From Utricularia gibba (taxonomy: Eukaryota > Plantae > Magnoliophyta), in assembly GCA_002189035.1 (NCBI GenBank), contig NEEC01000014.1:1736001-1800000 (forward strand): a DNA stretch of 64,000 bases, in the 5' to 3' direction. Every line of letters starts with the position of its first letter. Positions within the stretch are counted from its first letter, which is position 1. The translations under genes were made by a program, and so were the position numbers. A model generated the notes under the pieces. That model searched no databases and was not told the DNA's origin. It saw only the letters and a list, made by a program, of their open reading frames with translations. This document shows positions 24,497 through 36,992 of this stretch, piece by piece.

Positions 24497-25850
24497 CTAG
24501 TTGGTGAGCTCCATGATCGCAGAAACGATATCTCCTTGTGCATCCTTGAGAGCCTTCACAGCCCTGGCTCTAGATACCCCAGCCTGGGTCATGACCAGTT
24601 CGATGTCCTTTGGTTCCACACCCGTCTCGTCTACCTCCTCGTCATCCTGTGGCAGAGCTGCCGGTTCAGTCTTGGGCATGAAATTGCTGAGGTTGGGAGC
24701 CTTGAACTGCTCGGCTGCTTGAGTCTGGAGTTGAGAGCTCAAATCCTCGATCTTGGCCTCGCCGAATATCACATAGGTGTCTGAATTGGGACTCTTGAAA
24801 ACGTCAGGCTTTGATATGACGAAGAGGATCTGAAATTCCAGGGTCGGAATTAACTCGGCAGGATGTTGAAAACTGAAGATTTTACGAGTGAGGAGGAAAG
24901 GGAACTGACGTTTTTGCTTTTCTTGACGGTGACTCTGCTCACCCCGGTGATTGGTTTCATTCCTAGCTTCAGCATTGCCTTGCGGCTCTTCTTCTCACTT
25001 CGGCTCTGCTTGGACCTGCCGCTAGCATCTTGTCCTACGGCAAAAACAGGTGACCCGACATTTAGTTTCCAGTCAGCACACACTCTCAAACTGGGCTTAC
25101 TCCAAAATCGATAAAATCATCGTTTTCAAAGAGATTATTGATTGGTTTAGTACGGGAATACCTTCAGCATCAACATCATCACCTTCATCATCCTCATCAT
25201 CGTCATCATCTTCGTCGTCATCATCCTCGATCACAGGCTCATCCTTCTACAAAAGATTCTTAAAAATTATAACTTTACAAAATGCGGGACTGATTCTGTT
25301 GCTCACTTAACATCATCGTCAGTCCTACGGCCAGAAACGACAGACATACTGACTGACACCGGTGAAGTCAAGACCTAGAAAAAAATGTGTCCATGTACGG
25401 CAACACACGCTCTAAAAATTGAAGTATCTTCGGCTAGTGAATACATTAATCACAAAACAGGTGTATCAAGCTCCATAAATCAGCTCAAGGTGCAAGGCTG
25501 CAGGTTTCAACGAAAACGGGTACGTTGCTCAGCTCTGGGCTGTTATTCACAACTCTAAGTAACAAAAATACTTGAAACCTCATCAAAATGAACCCAGAAT
25601 GCACTTATTCACAACCCTAGCCAACTTTTTACCCCCGAAAAATCTACGCCTATTAGAACGAAGAAAACAGGACTCCGGTAAGGCACAAGTTCAAATATTG
25701 GTATCCGCGCAAGCAGTCGAAACATGTATAAAAACTGCCGCGAATTGAATTCCCACCGACAAAGAAATACCCAAGAAAGAGATAAATGGTTACATCAATT
25801 TTCTGCTGCTCGAGATGCGCCGCCAAGAGCTCCTCTTGTGACTGAGTCAT
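24497..25850 (-). CDS. NACA: Nascent polypeptide-associated complex subunit alpha. Exons 25850-25794, 25246-25162, 25034-24910, 24829-24497.
   Basis: [19 protein letters not shown], then an acidic tract, [47 protein letters not shown], and the UBA domain [22 protein letters not shown]. Confidence 0.96.
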
Positions 25851-27188
25851 AGTCGATACACGAAGTCAGAGACGAACCCCGGAGCTGCAAATTCCGATTT
25901 CCACAAAATGGAAGCAAACGGTTTCAAGGGTTCCTCTTTTACGCCTCTCGAAAGAAAACCCTCGCTTCTATCCGTAACCCCAATCTTACGTTTCAGGCCC
26001 AATTATCCCGAGCCCAAAAGCCTTTAACAGGCCACACATTAAAAAAACAAATGTAATAATAAAAATACTCCTTTTATTATCTTTAATAAATAATTGCATT
26101 AAATTGGTCGTGGATACCGCATCTGTGTACAAAAAGGGAACTAACAAAAACCCCAATTTACCAAATAATATTCCAATACTAAGTAATTAGATCGAAGCTG
26201 AAATATTATTTTTTTTTTCATTTATTAATTTTCTCTTTTAGATATCTCCGAGTCGTATGTTTGAATAATACAGACCTAGATTCTCAGTGAGTTACTTAGT
26301 CATGGGAATCATTGATTATCCCCTAGATAATCCGTGGGCCCCACTTAACCACAATCTTTTTCTATATTATTTATTATAATCACAATTTTTGGAGTAAAAA
26401 ATTTCGTAAAAATTTTGTATTTTCATATTATTGTTTTAACTACGCGGATTGAACGGGTACGAAATTGTATTTTTAAAATCCGATTCCAATAACGGGGATT
26501 GATTCAATCTAAAATACATTTAAATTTAAACCCGTCAAATTGTAATTTAATTTAACTTGTATTTTATAATAAAAATACTAATTTATTCGTTGAAATTCAT
26601 GACTACATGACGTATTTTCGAAAGTTCATATGTAAAAACAAAATAAGATTCAAATGACTTATGAAACATGGATTAATCAAGTGACTTATTTGAAAGCATG
26701 GTTTGGAAGAGGGGTTATTATGAGTTGGGGAATCATAATAACTTTCCTTAATGTGTTTTGCCCGTTTTGCAATTAAATCTGGGTGGCTTTTTAAATTGTG
26801 AAAATCAATTATGAGATTACAAGAAAAAAATGTCACCTACTATGTCTAACTAACTTTTGAATCCCACTTTCTTGTCATTCTCATTAATGCAAAAACCTTG
26901 TACGAGATGAACTCATGAACACATCAAGGAATGCAGCATCATGGCTGTGGCGCTCATACAGCCCCCGAGCCGCCGTGGAACTTGCTGGAGATGCTATGAA
27001 CATGGGTGTTGTGGATTTCGATCTTGTGTTTCTCTGTGTGTGAATTTCATGAGGGAGTTCGAGGAGAAGAAGTCTGAATCGGTAGGCATTTAACACAGAA
27101 TCTTAACAAGGAGAGGGGAGTCAAACGCAACATGATGGTTAATAATGCAAATAGAATCATCTTCTACATCAACATACATGTTTCTTAA

Positions 27189-27731
27189 TCATAGCCTCAG
27201 TGATAAATCCAGGTTTGAATCATCACTGTTATCATGCTGATCATCTAACGTGGCCTGGATCAGGGGGGCAGTCGAAAAGGGGCTGCCATTGGCTCCAAAA
27301 GCATAGCTTGGAGGCTGAGTGGTGCCATTGGGTCCGAAGGGATAGCTTGGAGGGTGCGGGCGCATGTAGGATGAGCGAGGAGCAGTCCAGCGAGGGCCAT
27401 TGTAGGCTGAGAATGGGCGTGGCTGAACTCCAAAGCCAGGCTGATGATAAGGAAAAGTGTTTCTTGGTATGAACCTGGGCATGAACTCATGAGATCTGCT
27501 GAAATAACCAAGGAAAGGCACTGGATTGCCTGGAACTGGATATGTTGAAGAGGAGCCTGAGGAGTAAGTAAAGTTCACTTGCTGTGAAGTATTGGCACCT
27601 TTGTCAACAGCCCTCTCGAGTTTGTGTGCATTTTGATGGCCTCCTAATGCTTGCTTGTTGGTGAACTTCCTTTCACAGTACTTGCAACCGTATTCTCGAT
27701 CTTGTTCATTGTTTTCTTCTCCGGGGTTCAT
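27189..27731 (-). CDS. Single C2H2 (QALGGH) zinc-finger protein with a C-terminal EAR repression motif, intronless
   Basis: CKYCERKFTNKQALGGHQNAH, and C-terminal LDLSLRL (DLxLxL). A TATA-like sequence lies near 27800. Confidence 0.92.
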   Translation of the reverse strand: MNPGEENNEQDREYGCKYCERKFTNKQALGGHQNAHKLERAVDKGANTSQQVNFTYSSGSSSTYPVPGNPVPFLGYFSRSHEFMPRFIPRNTFPYHQPGFGVQPRPFSAYNGPRWTAPRSSYMRPHPPSYPFGPNGTTQPPSYAFGANGSPFSTAPLIQATLDDQHDNSDDSNLDLSLRL

Positions 27732-28595
27732 GGCAAAGAGGCTTCCCTTTCCTTGGATTTCTATGGGGTAGGTGACTAACTTCTTGTTCTCCCTGTGGAT
27801 TATATAGAAGCAGAATGAGAAGTTAATTACTGCAGGTGGGAATACCCAACATTAACAAAAAATCAACTCGTGTTCAGCAAAGTAATAATGCTTGATTGAG
27901 TAGATACAGATTTCACAAATACAGTCTCATGAGTCAGAATAACGCTGTAAAAATGTGGTTTATAATCGAATCGATAGAGGTATCCTTTAAAGTTGGGAGG
28001 GGGGGTATAAGATCATGTGGATTAAACAACATAATCTGCTCCAAATTCCCTGCATCTCTTGTTTGGAGGTGACCAATGGCGTGACTTGTCTGAATGCTTT
28101 CTACTTACTGTTTTTTCCTCTGGAGGAAGTCATCTGTGTAGTAAACGACCCTCCTTTTCAACTGCAGATTAACGACATCCATAAAGCAAATCACTTACTG
28201 TTTTCTTAAATGCTGACGCGCTCTGTTAATGATTCCAAATGTATTGAGATTTCAACTGAATGTCGGATACAGAAAAAGTTACCCTGCTGTAAAGTATCAC
28301 ACTATCCAGAACTACGACAAAGATAGGAGAACATGAATTGTAACACCAGGAACAAATCATATAAACAACCAAGTATCCATATAGTACATGTAAGGAAAGG
28401 AGTCTCACAATTTATCTATACCAATCACGTTTGCAAGTGTATTCGCAATGATGAGAAATAGAGGAAAGAAAAGATCCTTATCTCCGGCCGTATCATTGTT
28501 CTTCAATGATGAAGAGTTTGTGTACTTCAATAGACTCTTATCTTGTCTTTTTCCTTTAGAAGAAACTCGTATGATTCTCCAGATGAGAATCGCAC

Positions 28596-31500
28596 CTAGT
28601 AAATTCTTTCTGCAGATGAGACGGGCCGGAGGAAGACAACAATAACAGTAACATTATCTTTGCTGCCTCTTTCAATGGCTTCAGTTGCTAATCTCTTGGA
28701 GCACATTGCTGGCACTTTCACAGTGTCCTTGACTATGCTTACGACATCTCTCTCACTCATGACATCCCACAGCCCATCGCTTGCCATCACCTGATATTAC
28801 GGGCATTCGCATTATCAGAATTTTGCAAAAAAATTCAAAGGAAGAGTTTTGGTGAATGAAGCAAGGTATTTGGATACGGGGACACATAACAAGCATGCAA
28901 GGACATACGCAGCAAGAACATTATCTAGGAGATTCGCTAATTGTATCCCAAGAGGTGGAATGGAAATTTACAATGTATTCATCTTCCTCTGTCAGGACAG
29001 TTTCGGAAATCTCAGGTTCAGCAGTTACATAAGGCTTCAGATCATCATCACCAATCGATCGTGTTACCTATGCAGTCGAAAACAAGGAAGAGTAAATGCA
29101 TGCCAAAACTATGATGGTTCTGTTCCTCAAGTTTAGCAGACATGATCCGACATTTTAATCAGTGGGAATTACCTGGAGTGCAGGAATGCCAATTCTCCAT
29201 GTGTCAAACTGCCATTTGACCTCGCCCCCTTCATTTATCACCCTTTCTCTCTCATCTATACAACTTGTGACATGATCCTACCAACAAGAAGGTTAAAAAT
29301 CACAAAAACACACAATATATTAAGAAGGATTGATATAATGCAGAAGGTAACAATGGTGATGAGTTATATCCAACCAAAAACAAAACTATATCTTCTCACT
29401 CTGCTTAAAGTGTAAGGATTCCCATTTCGGCAGATAACAGTTCTGCAGTCTCCAGCGTTAGCAACATAGAGATTATCTTTAACTATCAAAGCGGTGATTG
29501 CAGTACATCCAGGATGATAGTCCTTCTGAATAAGACCTTTAAATTTCCTTATTGAAGATAACTCATCTCTAAAGGCAATATCTGTCTGAATGAATGCTTC
29601 TTTCAGCGCTTGAGGTGGACTGCAAAATCCAATCACTCCAAGCATTCCGTTAGTTGCTCATTTAGTGAATCTTCATTTGACGTACAGCAGTAATTTGAAA
29701 TGTCTCACCTCCCACTGCAAATCAATTTTTTCAAGAATCCAGGTAGAGCACCAGCTGAAAATTCAGCAGCTGCAGCACCTGCATGCATTGCTTGTTGGAT
29801 GTTTACATTCTAACAACACAACATCGACAACAACTGTTGACCGCTGCTGTGAAAAACTGCTGACTTAAATTCATTAACACGGAAAGTAACTCTTGGAGGT
29901 AACTCAATATCCTCTTACCTCGATGTCCATCAAAGACTCCGAAAAGATGAATATCCACCTGATTGTTTATGTTAGGTATCATACAGTGGGTGTCCTCCAT
30001 GTTTTCTCTTCTCCCACAAGTTGAGAAGGAGCCCCAAGACAGTACTGGACAATAAACAGCAGTAATGCCTGCAGGAGGATGGGTGGAATTTACATGCTCG
30101 AAGTAATTACAAGGTGTCTTTGAGAATTCTTGACCACAAGTAAACCAGTTCACAGGTTCTTGATAATTGTGGAAAGTGTCCGCTCCTACATCATGAAATG
30201 GTGTCACAGATTTAGCTAGATTATCTTCAGTGTTGTTGGTAACTGGACACTGCTCCAACAGCATTGCGAGTTCGCCAATTATATCACCAAAATGGGGTCT
30301 CTTCTCAGGATCAGCATCCCAACATCGCTGTATTAAGGAAATTAAATTGGCAGGTGCACCCAACTCGGGACCAGCAAGAACAGGACGTAATCCTTCAGAA
30401 GCCACAGCAGCGGTTAATTTTTGTTCAGTGTAATTCATTTCCAACACAGTATGAGCCTGCATTAGTGTTTACGTGAAAAGATAAGCGCGTTAGAACCAAA
30501 TTCTGAAATTCTAATGACAAAGCGCATATATTATTCCAGACACATGCTTTTTCAACCATTTGTTTACTTTGAGAACTAGTAAGAAATGAAATACAAAGGA
30601 AAATAGAAAATAACCTCTGTCTCTGCTCTCAGGTCAGTATATGGGACTACACCAGTAAGAAGCTCGCTGAATCAAAGACATATTAAAAATGTTATTTACG
30701 AATGTGAAGCATACGGAAAACATTGGAGCTAGTTCAGTTCTAACTTGACTGTCACGCCAAAGCTATAGACATCTGATTTTTCAGTATGAACCTCTTTCCT
30801 CAGTACTTCAGGTGGCATGTAAATAAGCGTGCCAACCATATTTTTCTTATGAAAACCACCAGTTGGTTTTCCCGCAGGTTTCCAATTGTGAGCTGACATT
30901 TGAAGAAGGTCATTCTTGTAGGCAGCCAGACCAAAGTCAGCCAGTTGCGGAGTACAGTTTTTGGTGAGCTGGATTGCGTGAATCAGTAACTATCACATAA
31001 CGAAAAGGCATGCATCCAAAAAATACAGAATGTTTGCAATCAAAGTAGCGAAAAAGGATTTCTGACATTACAAGAATATTTGAGGGTTTGATATCTCTAT
31101 GTACAATACCAAGGGAGTGAAGATACTCTAAAGCTTTTGCTGCAAAAAGAAAGAAAGAGACAGGGAAATGAAAATCTATTCCATAGAAGTTCTAGATCTT
31201 GTTATGGTTCGATTCATATCAATACCTATATGGGAGGCGATTTTGATCACCTTATCCACAGTTAAAATAGATTCATCCACATGCAGTATCTGCGAGAGGC
31301 TTCCTTCTTCACACAATTCATAGAAAAACATGTAGTTTGGAGGCCTTGCATTTGCTGCCAACAACTTCAATATCCCTGGATGATCCAACTTGCTTCCTCA
31401 TCCATAAGCCACAAACACAAAACCAATGTAACCAGGAAACACAAAGTGCTGCTGCTTTTGAGCAATATCAAAGATAGATTCTGAAAATCGGTTGCATAAT

Positions 31501-31842
31501 CACATTCAAATTTTAAGATAACAACTCACCACAGCAAATTCAACTCCTTGTGGAACTTATCGAGGTCATCCGATGTAGATAAAACAGGCTTCTTGGCAGC
31601 CACTTTTTTCCCATCAAGAGTAGCCTCATACACCACACTCTCTGCGCCTGAAATAATATACATTAATCTAAGGAATACAATCCATCCAACAGGAATCGTA
31701 AAGATTTGTGCTCATCGATCCGTGTACCTCTTGCGATTGGTGAAAGAAGAGAGTATGAAGAAGCAGGGAGATGCAAAGGGATTTTCGAGCTACAGCAGCA
31801 TCCCCTGACGCAACAATTTGGCTCCATTATCTTCAACTCCAT
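28596..31842 (-). CDS. Protein kinase and PP2C-like domain-containing fusion protein (At2g40860-like), 12 exons
   Basis: N-terminus CVRGCCCSSKIPLHLP. Kinase motifs IARGAESVVY, VAAKK, HRDIKPSN, LADFG. PP2C motifs GRRENMED, FDGHRG, VANAGD, ASDGLWD, GSKDNVT. Ends in LRPVSSAERIY. Confidence 0.93.
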
Positions 31843-32115
31843 TTTCCTCAAATCCACACAGCCCGAGAACTTGGAGTATCAGTTTGACTTCCAACGCCAA
31901 TCCTCCATCTCAGGCAGGACACAGGAATAAATAAATAACAGAAAAAGAAGAATAAATCGTATTTGGGCCTGGGCTTTCCTAGATTATTGGGCCTGATTAC
32001 CTCTTTAGCGGGACTATTCTCTCCTGGTGGAGCTTCTAGATTTTCGGACGCGAAAGACGGGGGTGAGAGGGCGTTATATGTACGAAGACATTGCACGTTG
32101 GTTGTGGAATTGAAG
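31843..32115. promoter_or_regulatory. Putative 273-bp bidirectional promoter shared by the kinase-PP2C and cystatin genes
   Basis: Divergent ATGs at 31842(-) and 32116(+), with three site II motifs at 31964, 31970 and 31988. Confidence 0.55.
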
Positions 32116-33056
32116 ATGAAGAACAATTCGATTCTCTGTTTTTTCCTGTTCTTGTCTGTGTTTAGTTTGATTTGCGATGTGGGATTCTGCTTTTTTCCTT
32201 GGCGTCAGGGAAAACTGAGGGCATTTGGGGGGCTGCAAAATAAGCTCCCAAGTAACGGAGATGTCGACGGTATTGGGCGATTCGCTATTGAAGAACACAA
32301 CAAAAACACGGTTTTCCTTCGTTTCCCCTCCTATTTTTGCATTGGTTCATGTTAATTGTTTCTATACGATCGTGAAAGTTTTTGTCTTTTGTTGCCTATA
32401 CATCGTTGGAGGATCTGGAATCAGCATATAATTTGTCATTGTTTATATGAGGAATTGCGTCTTCGGGGGCCCATGTCCAAATGATTTTTAACAGATCCAG
32501 ACAAAAAGTCAACTTTATTCTTTCAAGTTGATCTGAACATGTACATATTCTTTACGGTCTATTTTATGATCTTCGTTTTAAGGAGGATACGGTGGCAGCT
32601 CTGCATAAATGGAGTGCATATCTCTCAGGGCAGATTACAAGCTTCATTTTTTCTGATTCGTTTGTGTGTCTTTTAAACAGAATGCAATGCTCCAGTTCAC
32701 AAGGGTTGTAAAGGCAGAAGAGCAAGTGGTATCTGGGAAGATATATTATCTTACTCTGGAAGCTCTCCAAAACGGCAAAACGGAGACATATGAAGCGTCG
32801 GTGTGGGTGAAGCCATGGTTGAACTTCAAGCAGCTCCAGGGTTTTAAGAAACTCCAAGGTATGTGTATTATTATCTCTTCTCTCTTATTGACTACCGGGC
32901 AGGTTATCTCGAGAACGTAGAAACCTTTGTATGGTTTTGGTCTTGGACTTAGGGTTGTCACATTGACATGAATGATCTGCAAGTTTCTGAGAATCGCATG
33001 CATTGCTTTTTAGTTGATCATCAGCCTGTAAAACCCGTCTGAATGCAGGTGTTTAA
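32116..33056 (+). CDS. Phytocystatin (cysteine proteinase inhibitor) with signal peptide. Exons 32116-32310, 32681-32858, 33049-33056.
   Basis: [14 protein letters not shown] (LARFAV-like), QVVSG reactive loop and VWVKPW. Confidence 0.9.
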
Positions 33057-33461
33057 AGATCCCGGGAGGCTTTGAACTGTACCAACGAAGACTGAATGAT
33101 ACTTACCAGTTACCACTAGTATATAGACAGAACTCCGCTATGTTGACAAATCCCAGTGTGTATGTTATGTTACCATGAAACTGATGTGTAAATCTTAGCA
33201 GCTCGGGCATGTTGTTGAACTCCAATATGCATTTGTGCTAGCATATTTCTCACCTTTGAACCACTTAGGACCAAAAAGTTTGATCTAGGCACCAAACTAT
33301 GGTTGGCTATGAAATTAATAAATGCTTAACGGGCATAAAAACATCAGTGTATTGTTATCCTTGCCGGTAAAGTTACATGACACTTCACTAAATTAGCTGT
33401 TTTTCTTTCAACTCTGTGCTTACACTACACTGGTTCACCTTGAAGCCTGAACTACTCACTC

Positions 33462-35905
33462 TCAAGTAGTCACGAAGTTGGGGGCAGATCCTTTGAATGG
33501 AAGCACGCAGGAGTAAGTGACATACTTGATGCTGTCGACCAACACGACAACGAAGATTCGTGAGAGGCTCTTGGCTCCCATCACACCATCCATCTCGGAG
33601 TCGCCAGACTCCCGAGGATCAAACAGAACCGAGACTACCATCGATGTTGAATTGGTGTGTCCATGGAAGCCATCTTTCTCTGAACTCTTGTTCCCTGCAT
33701 GTTCTGTTGTAACATTTTGTGAGGATTCTTGGAATGGAAAGGTTTGGAGAAACCTCCGGTTCCACCCCTTGCTCAGATGTGTAGAATTCTGGTTCTCGTT
33801 TTCTGTAATGTTTTGTTTAGCTGTTGCTGGAACTATGGCGGTGGAGACATCAAACTGGAAAACTTCAGTGCACATCCCTGCTGCCAACATAGGACCTGGA
33901 TGTGAAGAGAGGATGTACGGCTTTAACAAGAACTTGACAATGGAACCAATGATAACATCTTAGAGCAACATAGGGCAGGATAGAAACATGTGAAAGTAAA
34001 CTTGATTACCAGCAAGGCCTTCACGGAACCATTGCTGAAGAGCACCATCAGTTCCAGACGGCTTTTTCTCACCCTTGCCTTCTGAACCTGAACCAAGAGC
34101 CCTCAGATGTGAATGCATCCCCATGCCTGGTAGAGCTACAGCAGATGCAAGATCGCCATGGACTGCCAACCCAGTTTCACTATCAACCTTCAGGTTAGAT
34201 GCCATAGCTTTCTCACTTGCTAAAACAGAATGGATAATCAAGTTTCCATCTATCTTAACAAGCTTATCATTTCGTGGAACATACAATGAAGCTGCCAAAG
34301 GCTCGCTCCTATTGTTCAAACCTTCGAATCCTGTACCCTGGTTGCTCTTACTTGTTTCATTATGATAAACACCACCTCTACCGCTATCCACATAATTGCT
34401 GTCATAATCTGTGTCGTTAAACATCAACACTCTCCTGTTATGTTTTTCATCGACTCCTCCTTTGAGGTAATTTTCTTGAACTACTAATGAGGCCCTCTCG
34501 TCTCCATATCTTACATTAACCAAGGGAACCAAGCATCCAAATAACATTGTGAACAACAACAAACCAAACATACTTACACCAGCAACCTTCTTCGTCTTAG
34601 GGCCCTCACTTTTCGTACTTTCAATCTTCTTAGTTTCAACAGTACTTTCAACCTTTTTAGGCTCAGGTTTCTTACTTTCTACCTTCTTAGTTTCAGCCTT
34701 CTTACAGTCAACCTTCTTAGTTTCAGCCTTCTTTGGTGCTTGTGCTGGCTGCTGAGGTTTTAACCTTGGGATGGGCACTAACGGCACATGAGATCCCTGT
34801 GGTTTAACCATATAAGGTGGCGCATATGGCATCCATGGATAAACCATGGCCAGGTGCGGCGGGTACACTCCAGGAGGCGAGGGTGCCAGAGGAGGAGGAG
34901 GAGGAAGAGAAACTGCCGGAGCAGCAACACCACCACTGCTCATTTGTTGCCGCAAAGCTACATTTTCAGCCATAAAGTATGAAATCTTTGAGTTCAAGTC
35001 TTGAATTGTTGTATGCATGTTCCTTACCTTATCTTCCAATTCCTCCACGTAATGCTTTTTCCTCTGCCTAGACAACTGGGCACTCTCTCGATTCCTCATT
35101 AACCTTGCCTTCCGTTTCTCCTCCTCTTCATTCATACATCCAGTACTATTTCCAACATCGCCACCTATAGATTTCCTACACTTACTACTCCAAGCCTCTG
35201 AGTCCGTGTTAAGATTGCCTTCGTCATCGTTTTTCCTTTTCAACGAAGAATGGCTCCCATTGCAGTTATCCGACACCACTATCTTCTGATCAACCACTCC
35301 TGTCAAAATCGAACTTTTACTATAATTTGGGGGATAGCTTACAGATCTAGCTGGCGAGCCATTCGAACCCTCTGAGACATTGTTCACTGAATTCTTAGAC
35401 ACTTGAGAATTCGGGGAGAGGGAAATCGGTTCCTTCACATCACTAGCATGGTCACCAGAGCTACCGGGGTTCGAACCGTTTGATTCCGGTGAAAGCGTGT
35501 TCAGATACTCGGATACCATATTAGACTCTTCCACTGCCGAAACCCCGGAACCATCCCCCTTTGATCACCAAAGACCTCGTAAACTCCACCAATATGCTGT
35601 GTCTCCGAAGACGTCGATTTGAATACAGCCAGCAGCTGGTCCGAGCTCAGAGTCGAATCATGGAAATTACAAACCCCCTCAGCCTGTAAATCTGACTGGT
35701 ACTGCCGATCGGGAGAAAAGAGATCCCCCAATTCATCGGACATAGGAAGAGAGAGACCATCGAAGGAGAAATCAAAATCAAGGTCATCCAAAACGACGCC
35801 GTTTATCAAATCATTCGAAGGGCTGCCACCACTAGTCCAGACGGAATCCAACGGCGGAATAGCGAGACCCGATTCCCACTCCGGTGGGTCAACCACCGCT
35901 TCCAT
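33462..35905 (-). CDS. ER membrane-tethered bZIP transcription factor (bZIP17/bZIP28-like). Exons 35905-34010 and 33895-33462, with an apparent frameshift at 35555-35559.
   Basis: bZIP motif KRKARLMRNRESAQLSRQRKKHYVEELEDK, then PLVPIPRLKP, TM segment KKVAGVSMFGLLLFTMLFG, EPLAASLYVPRNDKLVKIDGNLIIHSVLASEKA, QQWFREGLAG|PML, and RIFVVVLVDS..KYVTYSC. Confidence 0.92.
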
Positions 35906-36992
35906 TGATTCACTTTGATCCCTGCGAACGAAATTGGCCGGTAATTGCGACTGAGTTGGAACCAGTCTCCGGCTTGCTTCTCAAAACATTTTTCCAAGAC
36001 GGGTTCATTTCACGCGCTACCCATCGATCATCCAGAAGCTTCCTTCCACGCTTTGACATTTCTTCTCTCTTTGAATGGGCCCAAACATCCGGATACCAAC
36101 CCAAACCCAATATTTTAAATTCGGTTGAAATTCAGATAAAATTTAAAAAAAAAAACAAAAAAAAGACAATATTTTTAGGAACAACAACAAAAAAAAAGCT
36201 TAGGACGTCCAAATACAGTTTTTGTCTGGGCACAGACGACATAGCAATAGTATCAAAATCACAATTATCATTAGATTTTACTTGAGCTAGAATTATGCAT
36301 CAAATAATTACTTGATTGGGTTACCCCATTGTAATAAGTCCAAAAAATTTAATTGAAATTTTACGAGTTCAAAACCTGAATTTGTTTCGAATTTAGAAGA
36401 TTTGATACAAACCCGAAGTAATGTTTTAAAATAGGATATTAAAACTCAATAGGTCCTCCACTCAGTTTAGTTTAAGTTTGAATCAATCGATGTGTTGGGG
36501 CAACATGAGTTAAGATGTGAAGAGCGAAACAGTTTCAGATGCAGAGGGGTGAAGTGTATGCAAAGGGTGATGCCAAGAATCTACAGTCAAAACACCATGG
36601 GAACTGAAGAAGAAGGTCCATGAACTCCACTATCGCAACAGCCCAAAATGGTTGGTGCAACATCAGGTAGAATTGCCATTTGTTACAGAGAAAGCACAGA
36701 GAATGAAGGGCATATACCAGGAGAAACTTAACTCATGCTTCTTCCAGTTGCGTTTATCTGCTGCTGATATGGAGGAGAAGCGAGCTGAGGTGAAGGGGTT
36801 GACTGCTGAGTTTCACAGCTTTAGTTGATCCCATTGTTGAAGCAATGAACCATGGTGATGTGGGAAGGCAAAAGCTTAGATTCGTTGAGATGGATTCCAA
36901 ATGGCGATTTGAACTGATTCCCAAGAAAATGTGTCTGTGTGGAACGAGCTTTCACTTCACCGTGATTATGAGACAAGCGAAAGTGGCTTTTG

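Noticed and set aside
24076-24500. Short plus-strand ORFs downstream of NACA
   Set aside because: They are antisense to the NACA 3' UTR and have no motifs.
35468-35477. GGTTCGAACC tRNA B-box-like sequence
   Set aside because: It lies inside the bZIP coding sequence, with no A-box spacing or cloverleaf.
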